The translations under genes were made by a program, and so were the position numbers. A model generated the notes under the pieces. The model worked only from the letters and a program-made list of their open reading frames with translations. It made no database searches and was not told the DNA's origin. A DNA stretch of 64,000 nucleotides from Propionibacterium sp. (GTDB lineage: Bacteria > Actinomycetota > Actinomycetes > Propionibacteriales > Propionibacteriaceae): contig DUOB01000039.1 in assembly GCA_012839035.1 (NCBI GenBank), positions 245-64,244 of the forward strand, given 5' to 3'. Every line of letters starts with the position of its first letter. The first letter of the stretch is position 1. Positions 25,548 to 37,662 of this stretch are shown in pieces.

Positions 25548-27052
25548 GATGAAATTCTCTCAGGAACGCCGGGCGGGGTGGAAGCCTCTGTGTCGGAATC
25601 CTCTGCAGGTGGGCGGGTGGCGTCTCCAACCGGGACGGTGATGCTGAAAATTGCGCCGTTGCCGAGAGTGCCCCCCACGGTCACCATCCCGCCATGCCCG
25701 CGCGCGATGGCCGCGACGATGGCCAGCCCCAGGCCGGCACCCGACTGGGCAGTGCCCTGGGCACTGCCGCGGGCGAAGCGACCGAAGATGCGCTCCCGAT
25801 CTTCTTCCGGAACCCCCGGGCCGGTGTCGGTGACGGTGAACTGCACATAGGGCACGCCGCCGATGTCGATGAAGTCGCTGGACAGCCTGATCTCGTCACC
25901 GGTCTCGGTGTGTTGGACCGCGTTCTGGAGCAGTTGCAGGACCGCCTGCGTGATGCGCTGCTCGTCGACAATGGCTGGGCCATCGGCGATGCGGGTCAGC
26001 ACCCACCGACGGTCGGCGAGGGCCTGGGCGAGAACGTCGAGATCCAGGGTGAGCTCACCGATATCGGTTTCGGTCGGTTGGATGAAATCGGGTTGGTCTG
26101 CCTTGGCCAGGGCCAGCAGGTCGTTCACGATGCGGCTCATGCGGTCGAGTTCGCTGGTGAGGAGAGCGATCGTCTGCGTTTGTTCGGCGGGCGTTTTGGT
26201 GTGGAGCAGCTCCAGGTGACCGCGGATGGCGGTGATCGGCGTACGCAGCTCGTGGCCGGCATCGTCAACGAAGTGCTGTTGGGCGCTGAAGGCTCCCTCC
26301 AGCCGGTCGAGCATGGAGTTGAAGGTCCGTGCAAGCTGCGACACTTCGTCGCTGCCGTGCACGGGGATGCGGGTCGTCAGATAGCGGTGGGAGACCTCTT
26401 GCGCCGTCTGCTGCAGCAGCCGCAGCGGACGCAGAATCTGACCGGCGGCGAGGAACGCAACCAGGACGCTCACGAACAGCGCGCCGATGGCGACCAGCAC
26501 GAGCACCCGGATCGTGTCGTTGACCCCCTCCACCTCGGTGCCCGTGAAGTGCAGCACGATCAGCGTGCCGTCCACGCGCCCGTTGACCTCGACATGGGCC
26601 TTGCCCCATCGGATCTGGCCGACGGGGCTCTGATGGACGCCGCTGGGCAGCGCGTCCACGTCAGCCATGAACTGCGCGTCGGCGAGCGGGTCGTAGATCT
26701 CCGTGGGAGGAACATGCGCACCCCGTTGCTCATAGATGGCCCCATAGGACGGCAGTTGGCCGACGAGCAATTCGTGGTCGCCGGCCCGCTGCCGGGACAG
26801 GTGGGTCTCGAACAGCCGCGCGGTCACGGTGAAAGGCTGACCGGTGGCCGGATCCACCGCTTCGGCAGCGAACGAATAGAACTCGTTGACCTCCTGGTTG
26901 ACGTCATGGTTGGCGCGGTTGGCGACATTGTTGAGCAGCACACCGCGCACCGCGATCACCACGACGGCGAAGCTCACTGCCATCGTCAGCAGCATCCACC
27001 CGACGATCCGCCAGCGCACCGAGCGACGAATCGACTGTGTCAGCCGTCTCAA
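25544..27052 (-). CDS. Sensor histidine kinase (2 TM, ~150-aa extracytoplasmic loop, HAMP, HisKA, HATPase)
   Basis: H-box FVDDAGHELRTPITAI; N and G boxes (LLQNAVQHT, DTGPGVP, GAGLGLAIV). TTG start. Confidence 0.9.
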   Translation of the reverse strand: MRRLTQSIRRSVRWRIVGWMLLTMAVSFAVVVIAVRGVLLNNVANRANHDVNQEVNEFYSFAAEAVDPATGQPFTVTARLFETHLSRQRAGDHELLVGQLPSYGAIYEQRGAHVPPTEIYDPLADAQFMADVDALPSGVHQSPVGQIRWGKAHVEVNGRVDGTLIVLHFTGTEVEGVNDTIRVLVLVAIGALFVSVLVAFLAAGQILRPLRLLQQTAQEVSHRYLTTRIPVHGSDEVSQLARTFNSMLDRLEGAFSAQQHFVDDAGHELRTPITAIRGHLELLHTKTPAEQTQTIALLTSELDRMSRIVNDLLALAKADQPDFIQPTETDIGELTLDLDVLAQALADRRWVLTRIADGPAIVDEQRITQAVLQLLQNAVQHTETGDEIRLSSDFIDIGGVPYVQFTVTDTGPGVPEEDRERIFGRFARGSAQGTAQSGAGLGLAIVAAIARGHGGMVTVGGTLGNGAIFSITVPVGDATRPPAEDSDTEASTPPGVPERISS

Positions 27053-27097
27053 GTCAGGCTCCGCGGGCCCCTGCGGGGGCTCGAGCCGGCGTCCCGG

Positions 27098-27535
27098 TCA
27101 GTCGTCGTCATCGTCGTCGTCGTCGTAAGCGTCGTCGTCGTAATCGTCGTCATCATCGTCGTCGTCGTAATCGTCGTCATCATCGTCGTCACTGGCCGGT
27201 GGGCGGGGCGCTGGACGTTGGATCGGCCGCTGCTGGGGCTGCACTCGTTGCGGTGGCGGATTGGGCGGTTGTGGCTGAGGGCGTGGTTCCGGCTCGAACT
27301 CCACGGCGTTCAAGGGTGACACCTCTCCCCGCGGAGGCGCCTCGTCCCCGGGGTCTGCCTGCGTCGCGCCGACATCATCGGGCTTGGGCTCGGGGACGGT
27401 GATCGTCACGGGCTGCTGGTGATCGAGCTGGGGAGCCCCGGGGGAGCTGAGGAAGACGAGGGAGCCGAGCACCCCGGCAACCGGCAGCGCAATCGCGGCG
27501 ATCACCGCGGACATCCTGCGTGTGGACTGGGTCAT
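27098..27535 (-). CDS. Small membrane-anchored protein with Pro-rich linker and poly-Asp C-terminal tail
   Basis: 145 aa. N-terminal TM (SAVIAAIALPVAGVLGSLVFL), Pro/Gln-rich middle, then DDDDDDDYDDDDDDDDYDDDAYDDDDDDDD. AGGAGA SD; stops 45 nt before the kinase gene. Confidence 0.6.
   Translation of the reverse strand: MTQSTRRMSAVIAAIALPVAGVLGSLVFLSSPGAPQLDHQQPVTITVPEPKPDDVGATQADPGDEAPPRGEVSPLNAVEFEPEPRPQPQPPNPPPQRVQPQQRPIQRPAPRPPASDDDDDDDYDDDDDDDDYDDDAYDDDDDDDD
27101..27190. repeat. (GAC/GAT)n trinucleotide tract encoding the poly-Asp tail
   Basis: 30 consecutive codons, 26 of them Asp (GTC/ATC on the + strand), interrupted only by 3 Tyr and 1 Ala. Confidence 0.9.
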
Positions 27536-27776
27536 CGACTGTTGTCTCCTGCCTGATGGGGCTCGCCGACAGGCTAAGCAGCCGCGATGACGCCGGAATG
27601 AGGTGGAGATGATGAATCCATCATCTTGCCACGCATGTGTCAGAAAGCGATACAGAGTCCGGCTGCACGATTCAAAGACGAGAAATGAAGAAAAACACTA
27701 GTATCGTAGATGAGCCGCGCCGATGGTCGGAGACTTTCCGATATCGGTCGCCCTGATCTGAAGGAGCATTCGACAC

Positions 27777-29561
27777 GTGACCGAAAAGTCAACTCCCGCC
27801 CCGGATTCCGGCCTGGATGATGTGACCGCCAAGCGGCTCCTGTCGGAGGAGCAGGCAGAACAGCTCGACCGCACCATGCACGTCAGCCTCGCAAAGCTCA
27901 CCGGTGGAATGTCGCCGGCCGCGATTCCGCTCGCCTATCTGGACTGGCTGATCCATCTCTGGATGGCTCCCGGCAAGCGCGGCCTGCTCCTCGAGCAGGG
28001 CATGCGCAACTGGGGCAAGCTCGCGAAATACACGCTTGAGGCCGCCATGGGGAAGAGTCCCGAGCCGTTGGTCAAGCCGACCCGTTCGGAGCGCCGCTTC
28101 GGCTCCGAGGCCTGGCAGAAGTTCCCGTTCAACGTCATGTCGCAGCAGTTCCTGCTGAGCCGTCAGTGGTGGGAATCCGCGACGAGCGAGGTTCTGGGTC
28201 TCGAGGCGCCGCAGCAGCGGCTCATCAACTTCGCCATCATGCAGATGGTCGACGCGACCTCGCCGAGCAACTCGCCGATCACCAACCCCGACGTTCTCTC
28301 CACCACCAAGGAGCAGAAGGGCAAGAACCTCGTCGAGGGCATGTGGAACCTGGTCACCGACTGGCAGCAGTCGGCGCTGCGCCAGGCCAACCCGAGCCCC
28401 GAGGGTCTCGCGGTCGGCAAGGATCTCGCCATCACCGAGGGCGAGGTGGTCTATCGCAACGATGTGATGGAGGTTCTGCAATACAAGCCGGCCACCGAGA
28501 ACGTCTATGCGGAGCCCGTGCTCTTCATCCCGGCCTGGATCATGAAGTACTACATTCTTGATCTCCGTCAGACCAACTCGCTGTACAAGTACTTGGTCGA
28601 CCAGGGCCACACCGTCTTCACCGTGTCGTGGATCAACCCGACCGAGGACCACCGTGACTTCGGCATGGAGAACTACCTGCAGGACGGCGTGCTCAAGGCC
28701 ATCGAGGTCGTGCAGTCGATCGTTCCCAAGCAGAAGATCCACACCGTCGGCTATTGCCTCGGCGGCACGATCCTGTCGATCGCCAACGCCTATCTCGGCA
28801 AGCAGAAGGACAACCCGGTCGCCTCGCAGACCCTGTTCGCGGCGCAGACCGACTTCACCGAGCCGGGCGAGCTCGGCCTGTTCATCACCGAGGCCCAGGT
28901 CGCGTTCCTCGAGAGCCAGATGTGGGAGAAGGGCTATCTCACCGGTGAGCAGATGGCCGGCACCTTCTCGGCGCTGCGTTCCAACGACCTCGTCTGGGGC
29001 AAGATGGTCGAGGAATACATGCTCGGCAACAAGTCCACGCTCAACGACCTGATGGCGTGGAACGCGGACACCACCCGCATGCCCTATCGCATGCACTCCG
29101 AATATCTGCGCAGCATGTTCCTCGACAATGAGCTGGCACGTGACCGCTACAAGGTCAACGACCAGACCGTGTCCCTCAAGGACATCCAGATCCCCCTGTT
29201 CACCGTGGGCACCGAGACCGACCACGTCGCTCCGTGGAAGTCGGTGTGGAAGATCAACCTGCTCACCGGGTCCCAGGACATCACGTTCGCGCTGACCAGC
29301 GGTGGCCACAACGCCGGCATCGTCAGCCCGGTCGGCCACCCGCGCCGTTCGCACCGCATCTCCACCAGCAACTCGCACGACCTCATCCGGGATCCGGAGG
29401 AGTGGGCGTCGAAGCAGGAGCGTGTGCAGGGCTCCTGGTGGGGACCGTGGGAGAAGTGGCTTGCTGATCACAGCTCCAAGGAAAAGGTCGCCCCGCCGGC
29501 CATGGGCTCGAAGGACTACCAGCCGATCGAGCCGGCCCCGGGACAATACGTCCTCGGCTGA
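27777..29561 (+). CDS. phaC: Class I poly(3-hydroxyalkanoate) synthase
   Basis: 594 aa with lipase box GYCLGG and conserved PhaC N-terminal region (LAYLDWLIHLWMAPGK). GTG start after AAGGAG. Confidence 0.9.
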   Translation: MTEKSTPAPDSGLDDVTAKRLLSEEQAEQLDRTMHVSLAKLTGGMSPAAIPLAYLDWLIHLWMAPGKRGLLLEQGMRNWGKLAKYTLEAAMGKSPEPLVKPTRSERRFGSEAWQKFPFNVMSQQFLLSRQWWESATSEVLGLEAPQQRLINFAIMQMVDATSPSNSPITNPDVLSTTKEQKGKNLVEGMWNLVTDWQQSALRQANPSPEGLAVGKDLAITEGEVVYRNDVMEVLQYKPATENVYAEPVLFIPAWIMKYYILDLRQTNSLYKYLVDQGHTVFTVSWINPTEDHRDFGMENYLQDGVLKAIEVVQSIVPKQKIHTVGYCLGGTILSIANAYLGKQKDNPVASQTLFAAQTDFTEPGELGLFITEAQVAFLESQMWEKGYLTGEQMAGTFSALRSNDLVWGKMVEEYMLGNKSTLNDLMAWNADTTRMPYRMHSEYLRSMFLDNELARDRYKVNDQTVSLKDIQIPLFTVGTETDHVAPWKSVWKINLLTGSQDITFALTSGGHNAGIVSPVGHPRRSHRISTSNSHDLIRDPEEWASKQERVQGSWWGPWEKWLADHSSKEKVAPPAMGSKDYQPIEPAPGQYVLG

Positions 29562-29592
29562 TCCAGCACCGTCCGCTTTCTGACGGACTTGT

Positions 29593-29630
29593 CGAATGCC
29601 CCTGTCGGGTTCTCCTGACAGGGGCATTCG
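29593..29630. terminator. Bidirectional terminator hairpin between phaC and trmL
   Basis: CGAATGCCCCTGTC (29593-29606) pairs perfectly with GACAGGGGCATTCG (29617-29630); 10-nt loop; lies between convergent stops. Confidence 0.6.
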
Positions 29631-29665
29631 GCATTCCTGCAGAGATTCTCCCGGGTGACAGGCGT

Positions 29666-30130
29666 TCAGGTGAAATCGGTCTGCCGCCACGCTTCATAGG
29701 CGGCGATCGCGGCTGCATTGGCGAGGTTGAGCGACCGGCGACCGGGCAGCATCGGAATCCTGACCTGGCCGGTCACGCGGGGATCGGCCAACACGTCGGG
29801 GTCGAGCCCGGTCGGTTCTGGGCCGAACAGCAGGACGTCGCCCGGCCGATAGGCGATGGAGGTGAACATCGTGTCCGCATGGGTCGTGTACGCGAACACC
29901 CGTGCGGGCAGCAACTCCGCGTACGCGGCCGTCAAGTCCTCATGCACGCGGACCTGCGCCAGATCGTGATAGTCGAGCCCGGCCCGCTTGAGTTTGGTGT
30001 CGGTGAGCTCGAAGCCCAACGGCCCGGCCAGGTGGAGTTCGCACCCGACCGCTGCCGCCAGCCGGATCGTCGTCCCGGTGTTCTGGGGGATGCGGGGGGA
30101 GTGGAAGAGGAGCCGTACGCCGAGTGCCAT
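29666..30130 (-). CDS. trmL: tRNA (cytidine/uridine-2'-O)-methyltransferase TrmL (SpoU family)
   Basis: 154 aa; LFHSPRIPQNTGTTIRLAAAVGCELHL and LNLANAAAIAAYEA are typical SPOUT/TrmL motifs. Confidence 0.85.
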   Translation of the reverse strand: MALGVRLLFHSPRIPQNTGTTIRLAAAVGCELHLAGPLGFELTDTKLKRAGLDYHDLAQVRVHEDLTAAYAELLPARVFAYTTHADTMFTSIAYRPGDVLLFGPEPTGLDPDVLADPRVTGQVRIPMLPGRRSLNLANAAAIAAYEAWRQTDFT

Positions 30131-30135
30131 GCCCT

Positions 30136-31098
30136 TCAGTCTGTCGCCTCGGGTCGCGGTGATGCTGGGGGCCCATCCAGCTCGCGGTGTGACACGAAGC
30201 GCCGGGCGGTTCCCTCGATCGGGTCGATGAAGGACAGCGACTCGGCGAGGAGTCGCAGAGGTGTGGAGAAATCATCGACGTCCACATCGAGCACGTCGGG
30301 ATAGAGCGGGTCGCCGAGGATGGGCAGGCCGAGGGCGTTGAGCTGGACCCGGAGTTGGTGGGTCCGGCCGGTCTCCGGCGTCAGGCGATAGTCGGCCCAG
30401 CGGCCGGCCGGGCTGTCGAGGACCCGGACCAATTCCAGCGTGGTCGAGGCATTGTCCGGGGCGCCCGCAATGAGTTCCGCCTGGAGTGATCCGCGCCTTT
30501 TGACGATGTGGCCACGGAGCCGGCGCGGCAAGGTCAGCCCGGGATCGAAGGGCGCGATGGCCCGGTAGGTCTTGGCCACCTCGCGACGCTCGAACAAGCC
30601 CTGATAGGCCCCGCGCCAGCGCTTCTCCGTGGTCAGCAGGACGACTCCGGCGGTCAGCCGATCCAGCCGGTGCGCGGGCCCCAGCTCGGGCAGGTCGAGG
30701 CGGTTGCGCAGGCGTACCACCAGCGACTGCACCACGTGCCGACCGCGCGGGATCGTCGAAAGGAAGTGCGGTTTGTCCGCGACGACGATGCGATCGTCCC
30801 GATAGAGGATGTCCTCGGTGGAGGGAACGACGGGCTCCTCACGCAGCTCGCGGTGGAACCAGATGAACGTGTTGGGGCGGTAGGGCTCGTCCCCGCGCCA
30901 GGGCTGTCCAGCCTCATCGACGAACCCAGCGGCGGCGAATTGACGATCCACCCCTTCGGCGCCGATCGGGGTCAGCCGGGCAACGAGGAAGTCGCGGATC
31001 GTCGCCCAGGGCGGGGTCTGGGTGGGGTCACGGTCGGGCGTACGCAGCCACGCCGCCGCCAACCCGTGTCGGGGCGGCAGGGGAGACCGGGGTGGCAC
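30136..31098 (-). CDS. RluA-family pseudouridine synthase
   Basis: Catalytic motif HRLDRLTAGVVLL and a downstream KTYRAI segment. 5-nt gap to trmL. Confidence 0.85.
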   Translation of the reverse strand: MPPRSPLPPRHGLAAAWLRTPDRDPTQTPPWATIRDFLVARLTPIGAEGVDRQFAAAGFVDEAGQPWRGDEPYRPNTFIWFHRELREEPVVPSTEDILYRDDRIVVADKPHFLSTIPRGRHVVQSLVVRLRNRLDLPELGPAHRLDRLTAGVVLLTTEKRWRGAYQGLFERREVAKTYRAIAPFDPGLTLPRRLRGHIVKRRGSLQAELIAGAPDNASTTLELVRVLDSPAGRWADYRLTPETGRTHQLRVQLNALGLPILGDPLYPDVLDVDVDDFSTPLRLLAESLSFIDPIEGTARRFVSHRELDGPPASPRPEATD

Positions 31099-31177
31099 GT
31101 CAGAACCGCCTCCGATGCATGCTGGTGTATCTATGCAGGGTCATCCCCAGCCTAACGACCAACACGAGAGGCGCAGC

Positions 31178-31627
31178 ATGAGAATCGCGATGGGAGCCGA
31201 CCACGCCGGCTTCGGCCTGAAGCAAGAATTGGCCCGGCACCTCACTGATCTCGGCCACGAGATCGTGGATGTGGGCACCAACAGCGCAGAGCGCACCGAC
31301 TATCCGATCTGGGGTGCACGCGCCGGCCGCGTGGTCGCCGCCGGCGACGCGGATTTCGGTGTCGTGGTGTGCGGTTCCGGGATCGGCATCTCGATCGCGG
31401 CGAACAAGATCGACGGGGTACGCGCAGTGGTCTGCACCGAACCCTATTCAGCCGCCATGGCCCGCCGCCACAACGACGCCAACGTCGTCGCGGTGGGGGA
31501 GCGGTTCGTCGGTGTCGACATGGCGAAGGCGATCGTGGACGCCTTCCTCGGGGCGGAGTTCGAGGGCGGACGACACGCCGATCGGGTCGCGCTGTTCAGC
31601 CGTATCGAGGCGGGCGAGGAATTCTGA
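31178..31627 (+). CDS. rpiB: Ribose-5-phosphate isomerase B
   Basis: MRIAMGADHAGFGLK...VVCGSGIGISIAANK...RHNDANV, the canonical RpiB/LacAB family pattern. The start follows the conserved N-terminus, not the longer track ORF. Confidence 0.9.
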   Translation: MRIAMGADHAGFGLKQELARHLTDLGHEIVDVGTNSAERTDYPIWGARAGRVVAAGDADFGVVVCGSGIGISIAANKIDGVRAVVCTEPYSAAMARRHNDANVVAVGERFVGVDMAKAIVDAFLGAEFEGGRHADRVALFSRIEAGEEF

Positions 31628-31660
31628 CGCCCTCCTGCCGGATCGGTTAGCCTCACGGCT

Positions 31661-32836
31661 GTGACCGGTGTCGGCGGGAAAGTGGAGCGGACCTGGCCGC
31701 TGTTCATCGGCGGCTTCCTGGGTCCGTTCGGTGGGTCCCTGGTCACGACGATGCTGCCCGAACTCGGTCGGGACCTTGACGTCACCGTTGAGCTCGCGAG
31801 CAGCACGCTGACGGCCTATCTCGTCCCGTTCGCCGCGCTGATGCTCGTGTCCGGGACGCTTGCGGAGCGCATTGGTCGCCGCCGGACGGTCCGGGTGGCC
31901 TATCTCGTCTACGCCCTCGCCTCTCTCGGGGCGGTCCTCGCCCCCAACTTCCAGCTCTTCTTCATCGCGCGCATCCTCCAAGGCGCGTCCAACGCTTTCA
32001 CCACGCCCGTGCTCGTCGGGGCGATCACCGACGCGGTGCCACCGCATCGGCTGAATCGTTCCCTGGGCGTCTTCGGGTCCCTGCAGGCCTTCGGCATGGC
32101 CGCATCGCCGCTGGCCGGCGGCCTGTCGGCTGCGGTGCACTGGCGCTGGGCGTTCGTGGTCTGCGCGCTCGTGGCCGGCGTACTCTTCTTCCTCCCGCCT
32201 CCCGACTCCAGCCGCGCCACCCCGGTCGACTCGCCCTCGAGGTGGCGGGCGCTGGCGAATCGGCGCCTTGCCCTGGCCGCCTTCGTTGCGGGGATCGCGT
32301 ACCTCACGACGAGCGGAGTCCTGGTGCTGACAGCCCTGTACGCCCGCGAGGAGTTCGGGCTCACCCCCGGTCTCGCGGGGGTCGTGGTCGCGGTGTTCGG
32401 AGTGGCCGGGCTCCTCACCGGCCGGCGGACGGGCGGCTGGATGGACCGCTTCGGTGTGCTGCGGGTCGGGACGCTCGTTCATCTGCTGCTGGGACTCTCC
32501 TGTGCGGCGATCGCGCTGACGGCCGGCCTGTCGCGGGGCATCGGCGTGGCGATCGTGGTGGCCCTGGTCGCACTCGGCGGGGTCGCGGGCACGGCCGGGC
32601 GATCGACCACCCAGAGCCTCGCGGTGACCTCCGCACCCACCAACCGCGCGGGTGCGAGCTCGGTGATGCTCGCCTGCCAGTTCAGCGGCTCGGCGCTCGC
32701 GCCGATCCTGTGGGTGCCGATCTTCGTGGGCAGCGCGCCCTGGCTGGCGCTCGTGGCGGCCGGGATGCCTGCCCTGGTAGCCGCGCTGACGCTGGGCTGG
32801 GCGTGGCGTACAGCCTCGAAGATGGACCTTTTTTGA
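31661..32836 (+). CDS. MFS transporter
   Basis: 391 aa, about 12 TM, with MFS motif GTLAERIGRRRT between TM2 and TM3. Confidence 0.8.
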   Translation: MTGVGGKVERTWPLFIGGFLGPFGGSLVTTMLPELGRDLDVTVELASSTLTAYLVPFAALMLVSGTLAERIGRRRTVRVAYLVYALASLGAVLAPNFQLFFIARILQGASNAFTTPVLVGAITDAVPPHRLNRSLGVFGSLQAFGMAASPLAGGLSAAVHWRWAFVVCALVAGVLFFLPPPDSSRATPVDSPSRWRALANRRLALAAFVAGIAYLTTSGVLVLTALYAREEFGLTPGLAGVVVAVFGVAGLLTGRRTGGWMDRFGVLRVGTLVHLLLGLSCAAIALTAGLSRGIGVAIVVALVALGGVAGTAGRSTTQSLAVTSAPTNRAGASSVMLACQFSGSALAPILWVPIFVGSAPWLALVAAGMPALVAALTLGWAWRTASKMDLF

Positions 32837-32861
32837 CCCAGCGACACACAGCGGATAACCT
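32833..32861 (+). promoter_or_regulatory. Candidate promoter of the rpsL-rpsG-fusA-tuf operon
   Basis: TTGACC (32833-32838), 17-nt spacer, TAACCT (32856-32861). It overlaps the MFS stop, about 205 nt before rpsL. Motif match only. Confidence 0.3.
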
Positions 32862-33067
32862 TGATCCTTGTGTTCGGGTTGCCCGGACTCTCGTGCGTGC
32901 CCAGCGTTCCTGATCGAGGATACGGGTGCGGCAAGCACATGCAGTGAATCGCCGGCCTGAGCAGTCAGTTCGGCCGCGGTAACCTGTGCCCGACTCCCCG
33001 TCGATGTCCTGGACTTCAGGGCACGCGACGACTCGACAGAACGAACAACGGAAAGAGATACCAGCCG

Positions 33068-33439
33068 GTGCCCACAATCCAGCAGCTGGTCCGCAAGGGC
33101 CGGACCGACAAGGTCAGCAAGAACAAGACGCCCGCGCTCAAGGGTTCCCCCCAGCGCCGCGGCGTGTGCACGCGTGTGTACACCACGACCCCCAAGAAGC
33201 CGAACTCCGCGCTGCGCAAGGTGGCTCGTGTGAAGCTGTCCTCCGGCATTGAGGTGACCGCCTACATCCCCGGCGTGGGTCACAACCTGCAGGAGCACTC
33301 GATGGTGCTGGTGCGCGGTGGCCGAGTGAAGGACCTTCCGGGCGTGCGTTACAAGATCGTTCGCGGCTCGCTCGACACCCAGGGTGTCAAGGGTCGCAAG
33401 CAGGCTCGCAGCCACTACGGCGCGAAGAAGGAGAAGTAA
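33068..33439 (+). CDS. rpsL: 30S ribosomal protein S12
   Basis: [11 protein letters not shown]...[12 protein letters not shown]...[13 protein letters not shown]. Residues K43 and K88 are wild type. Confidence 0.98.
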   Translation: MPTIQQLVRKGRTDKVSKNKTPALKGSPQRRGVCTRVYTTTPKKPNSALRKVARVKLSSGIEVTAYIPGVGHNLQEHSMVLVRGGRVKDLPGVRYKIVRGSLDTQGVKGRKQARSHYGAKKEK

Positions 33440-33909
33440 TGCCTCGAAAGGGACCCGCCCCGAAGCGCCCGATTCCGGTCGACCCGGTCTACGGTTCCCC
33501 GCTGGTTTCCCAGCTGGTGAGCAAGATCCTCGTCAACGGCAAGAAGACCGTCGCGCAGAGCATCGTTTACACCGCACTCGAGGGCACCCGGGCCAAGACC
33601 GGCGTCGACCCCGTGCAGACCTTCAAGCGGGCGATTGACAACGTCAAGCCCAGCCTTGAGGTCAAGTCCCGCCGCGTCGGCGGTGCGACCTATCAGGTCC
33701 CCGTCGAGGTGAAGCCGGGCCGCCAGACCACTCTCGCGCTTCGCTGGCTCGTGTCGTTTGCACGCCAGCGCCGCGAGAAGACCATGGCCGACCGCCTCAT
33801 GAACGAGATCCTCGACGCCTCCAACGGCCTCGGCGCCGCTGTGAAGCGCCGGGAGGACACCCACAAGATGGCCGAGGCCAACCGAGCCTTCGCTCACTAC
33901 CGCTGGTGA
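33439..33909 (+). CDS. rpsG: 30S ribosomal protein S7
   Basis: [20 protein letters not shown]...; 156 aa; ATG overlaps the rpsL stop. Confidence 0.98.
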   Translation: MPRKGPAPKRPIPVDPVYGSPLVSQLVSKILVNGKKTVAQSIVYTALEGTRAKTGVDPVQTFKRAIDNVKPSLEVKSRRVGGATYQVPVEVKPGRQTTLALRWLVSFARQRREKTMADRLMNEILDASNGLGAAVKRREDTHKMAEANRAFAHYRW

Positions 33910-33913
33910 TATT

Positions 33914-33950
33914 CAGTCGGGGTACGCCGAGACCGCGCGCGCCCCGACTG
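33914..33950 (+). promoter_or_regulatory. Stem-loop between rpsG and fusA
   Basis: CAGTCGGGG (33914-33922) pairs perfectly with CCCCGACTG (33942-33950). It starts 5 nt after the rpsG stop. Confidence 0.35.
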
Positions 33951-34056
33951 ATCGCCGTCCGGGGACTCGCGTCAAGTGGGTCCCCAGCCAGGCCGCCCGG
34001 GGACGGGTGGCGGAACTCAACTGAGATCCGAACCGAGAAACAGACAAGGACGATCC

Positions 34057-36153
<2,097 letters not shown>

Positions 36154-36203
36154 CATACGCGCGCGGTTGAAACGGTTTGACTACCGGGCAACTGTGCAAC
36201 ACA

Positions 36204-36232
36204 CTTGGCTGGGTCAACTGGGCCCAGCCAAG
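36204..36232 (+). promoter_or_regulatory. Stem-loop between fusA and tuf
   Basis: CTTGGCTGGG (36204-36213) pairs perfectly with CCCAGCCAAG (36223-36232); 9-nt loop. Confidence 0.35.
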
Positions 36233-36300
36233 TCCAGCAAGACCGTCCATCAGGAACGATGCCGCGCAACCGGCCCGGCATTACACACGAAGGAGCCCAC

Positions 36301-37478
<1,178 letters not shown>

Positions 37479-37491
<13 letters not shown>

Positions 37492-37556
37492 TCCTGCGGA
37501 TCAACGATCCTCAAGTGATCCTGCGGGGATCAACGATCCTCAAGTGATCCTGCGTT
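37479..37556 (+). repeat. Tandem direct repeat (27 nt, 29 nt, then a partial unit) that includes the tuf stop codon
   Basis: GATCCTCAAGTGATCCTGCGGATCAAC, then GATCCTCAAGTGATCCTGCGGGGATCAAC, then GATCCTCAAGTGATCCTGCG. Unit 1 begins inside the last tuf codons (K-I-L-K-stop). Confidence 0.85.
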
Positions 37557-37567
37557 AATCGCCGAGA

Positions 37568-37601
37568 GGCCCCGGACCATTGGTCCGGGGCTTTTCTTGT
37601 T
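37568..37601 (+). terminator. Rho-independent terminator of the tuf operon
   Basis: GGCCCCGGACC-ATT-GGTCCGGGGCC-like 10-bp stem followed by TTTTCTTGTT. Confidence 0.8.
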
Positions 37602-37662
37602 CCCGGATGATCATGCCTCCGGGCGTTGCTTGAATGATTGGACACACAGAAGGGGAGAGGCC

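Noticed and set aside
27101-27190. Repetitive DNA considered as a possible CRISPR or satellite array (also applies to 37479-37556)
   Set aside because: The first is an in-frame codon repeat inside a CDS and the second has no unique spacers between units. No cas genes are in the window, so neither is CRISPR.
25694-27319. 541-aa + strand ORF opposite the histidine kinase and poly-Asp genes
   Set aside because: Antisense shadow. Its poly-V/I tract (VVVIVVVVVSVVVVIVVIIVVVVIVVIIVV) is simply the reverse-complement reading of the GAC/GAT repeat.
31448-33415. 655-aa minus-strand ORF spanning rpiB, the MFS gene and rpsL
   Set aside because: It crosses three well-supported + strand genes and an intergenic promoter region. 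Its composition (R/G/P/E/H-rich) is not protein-like.
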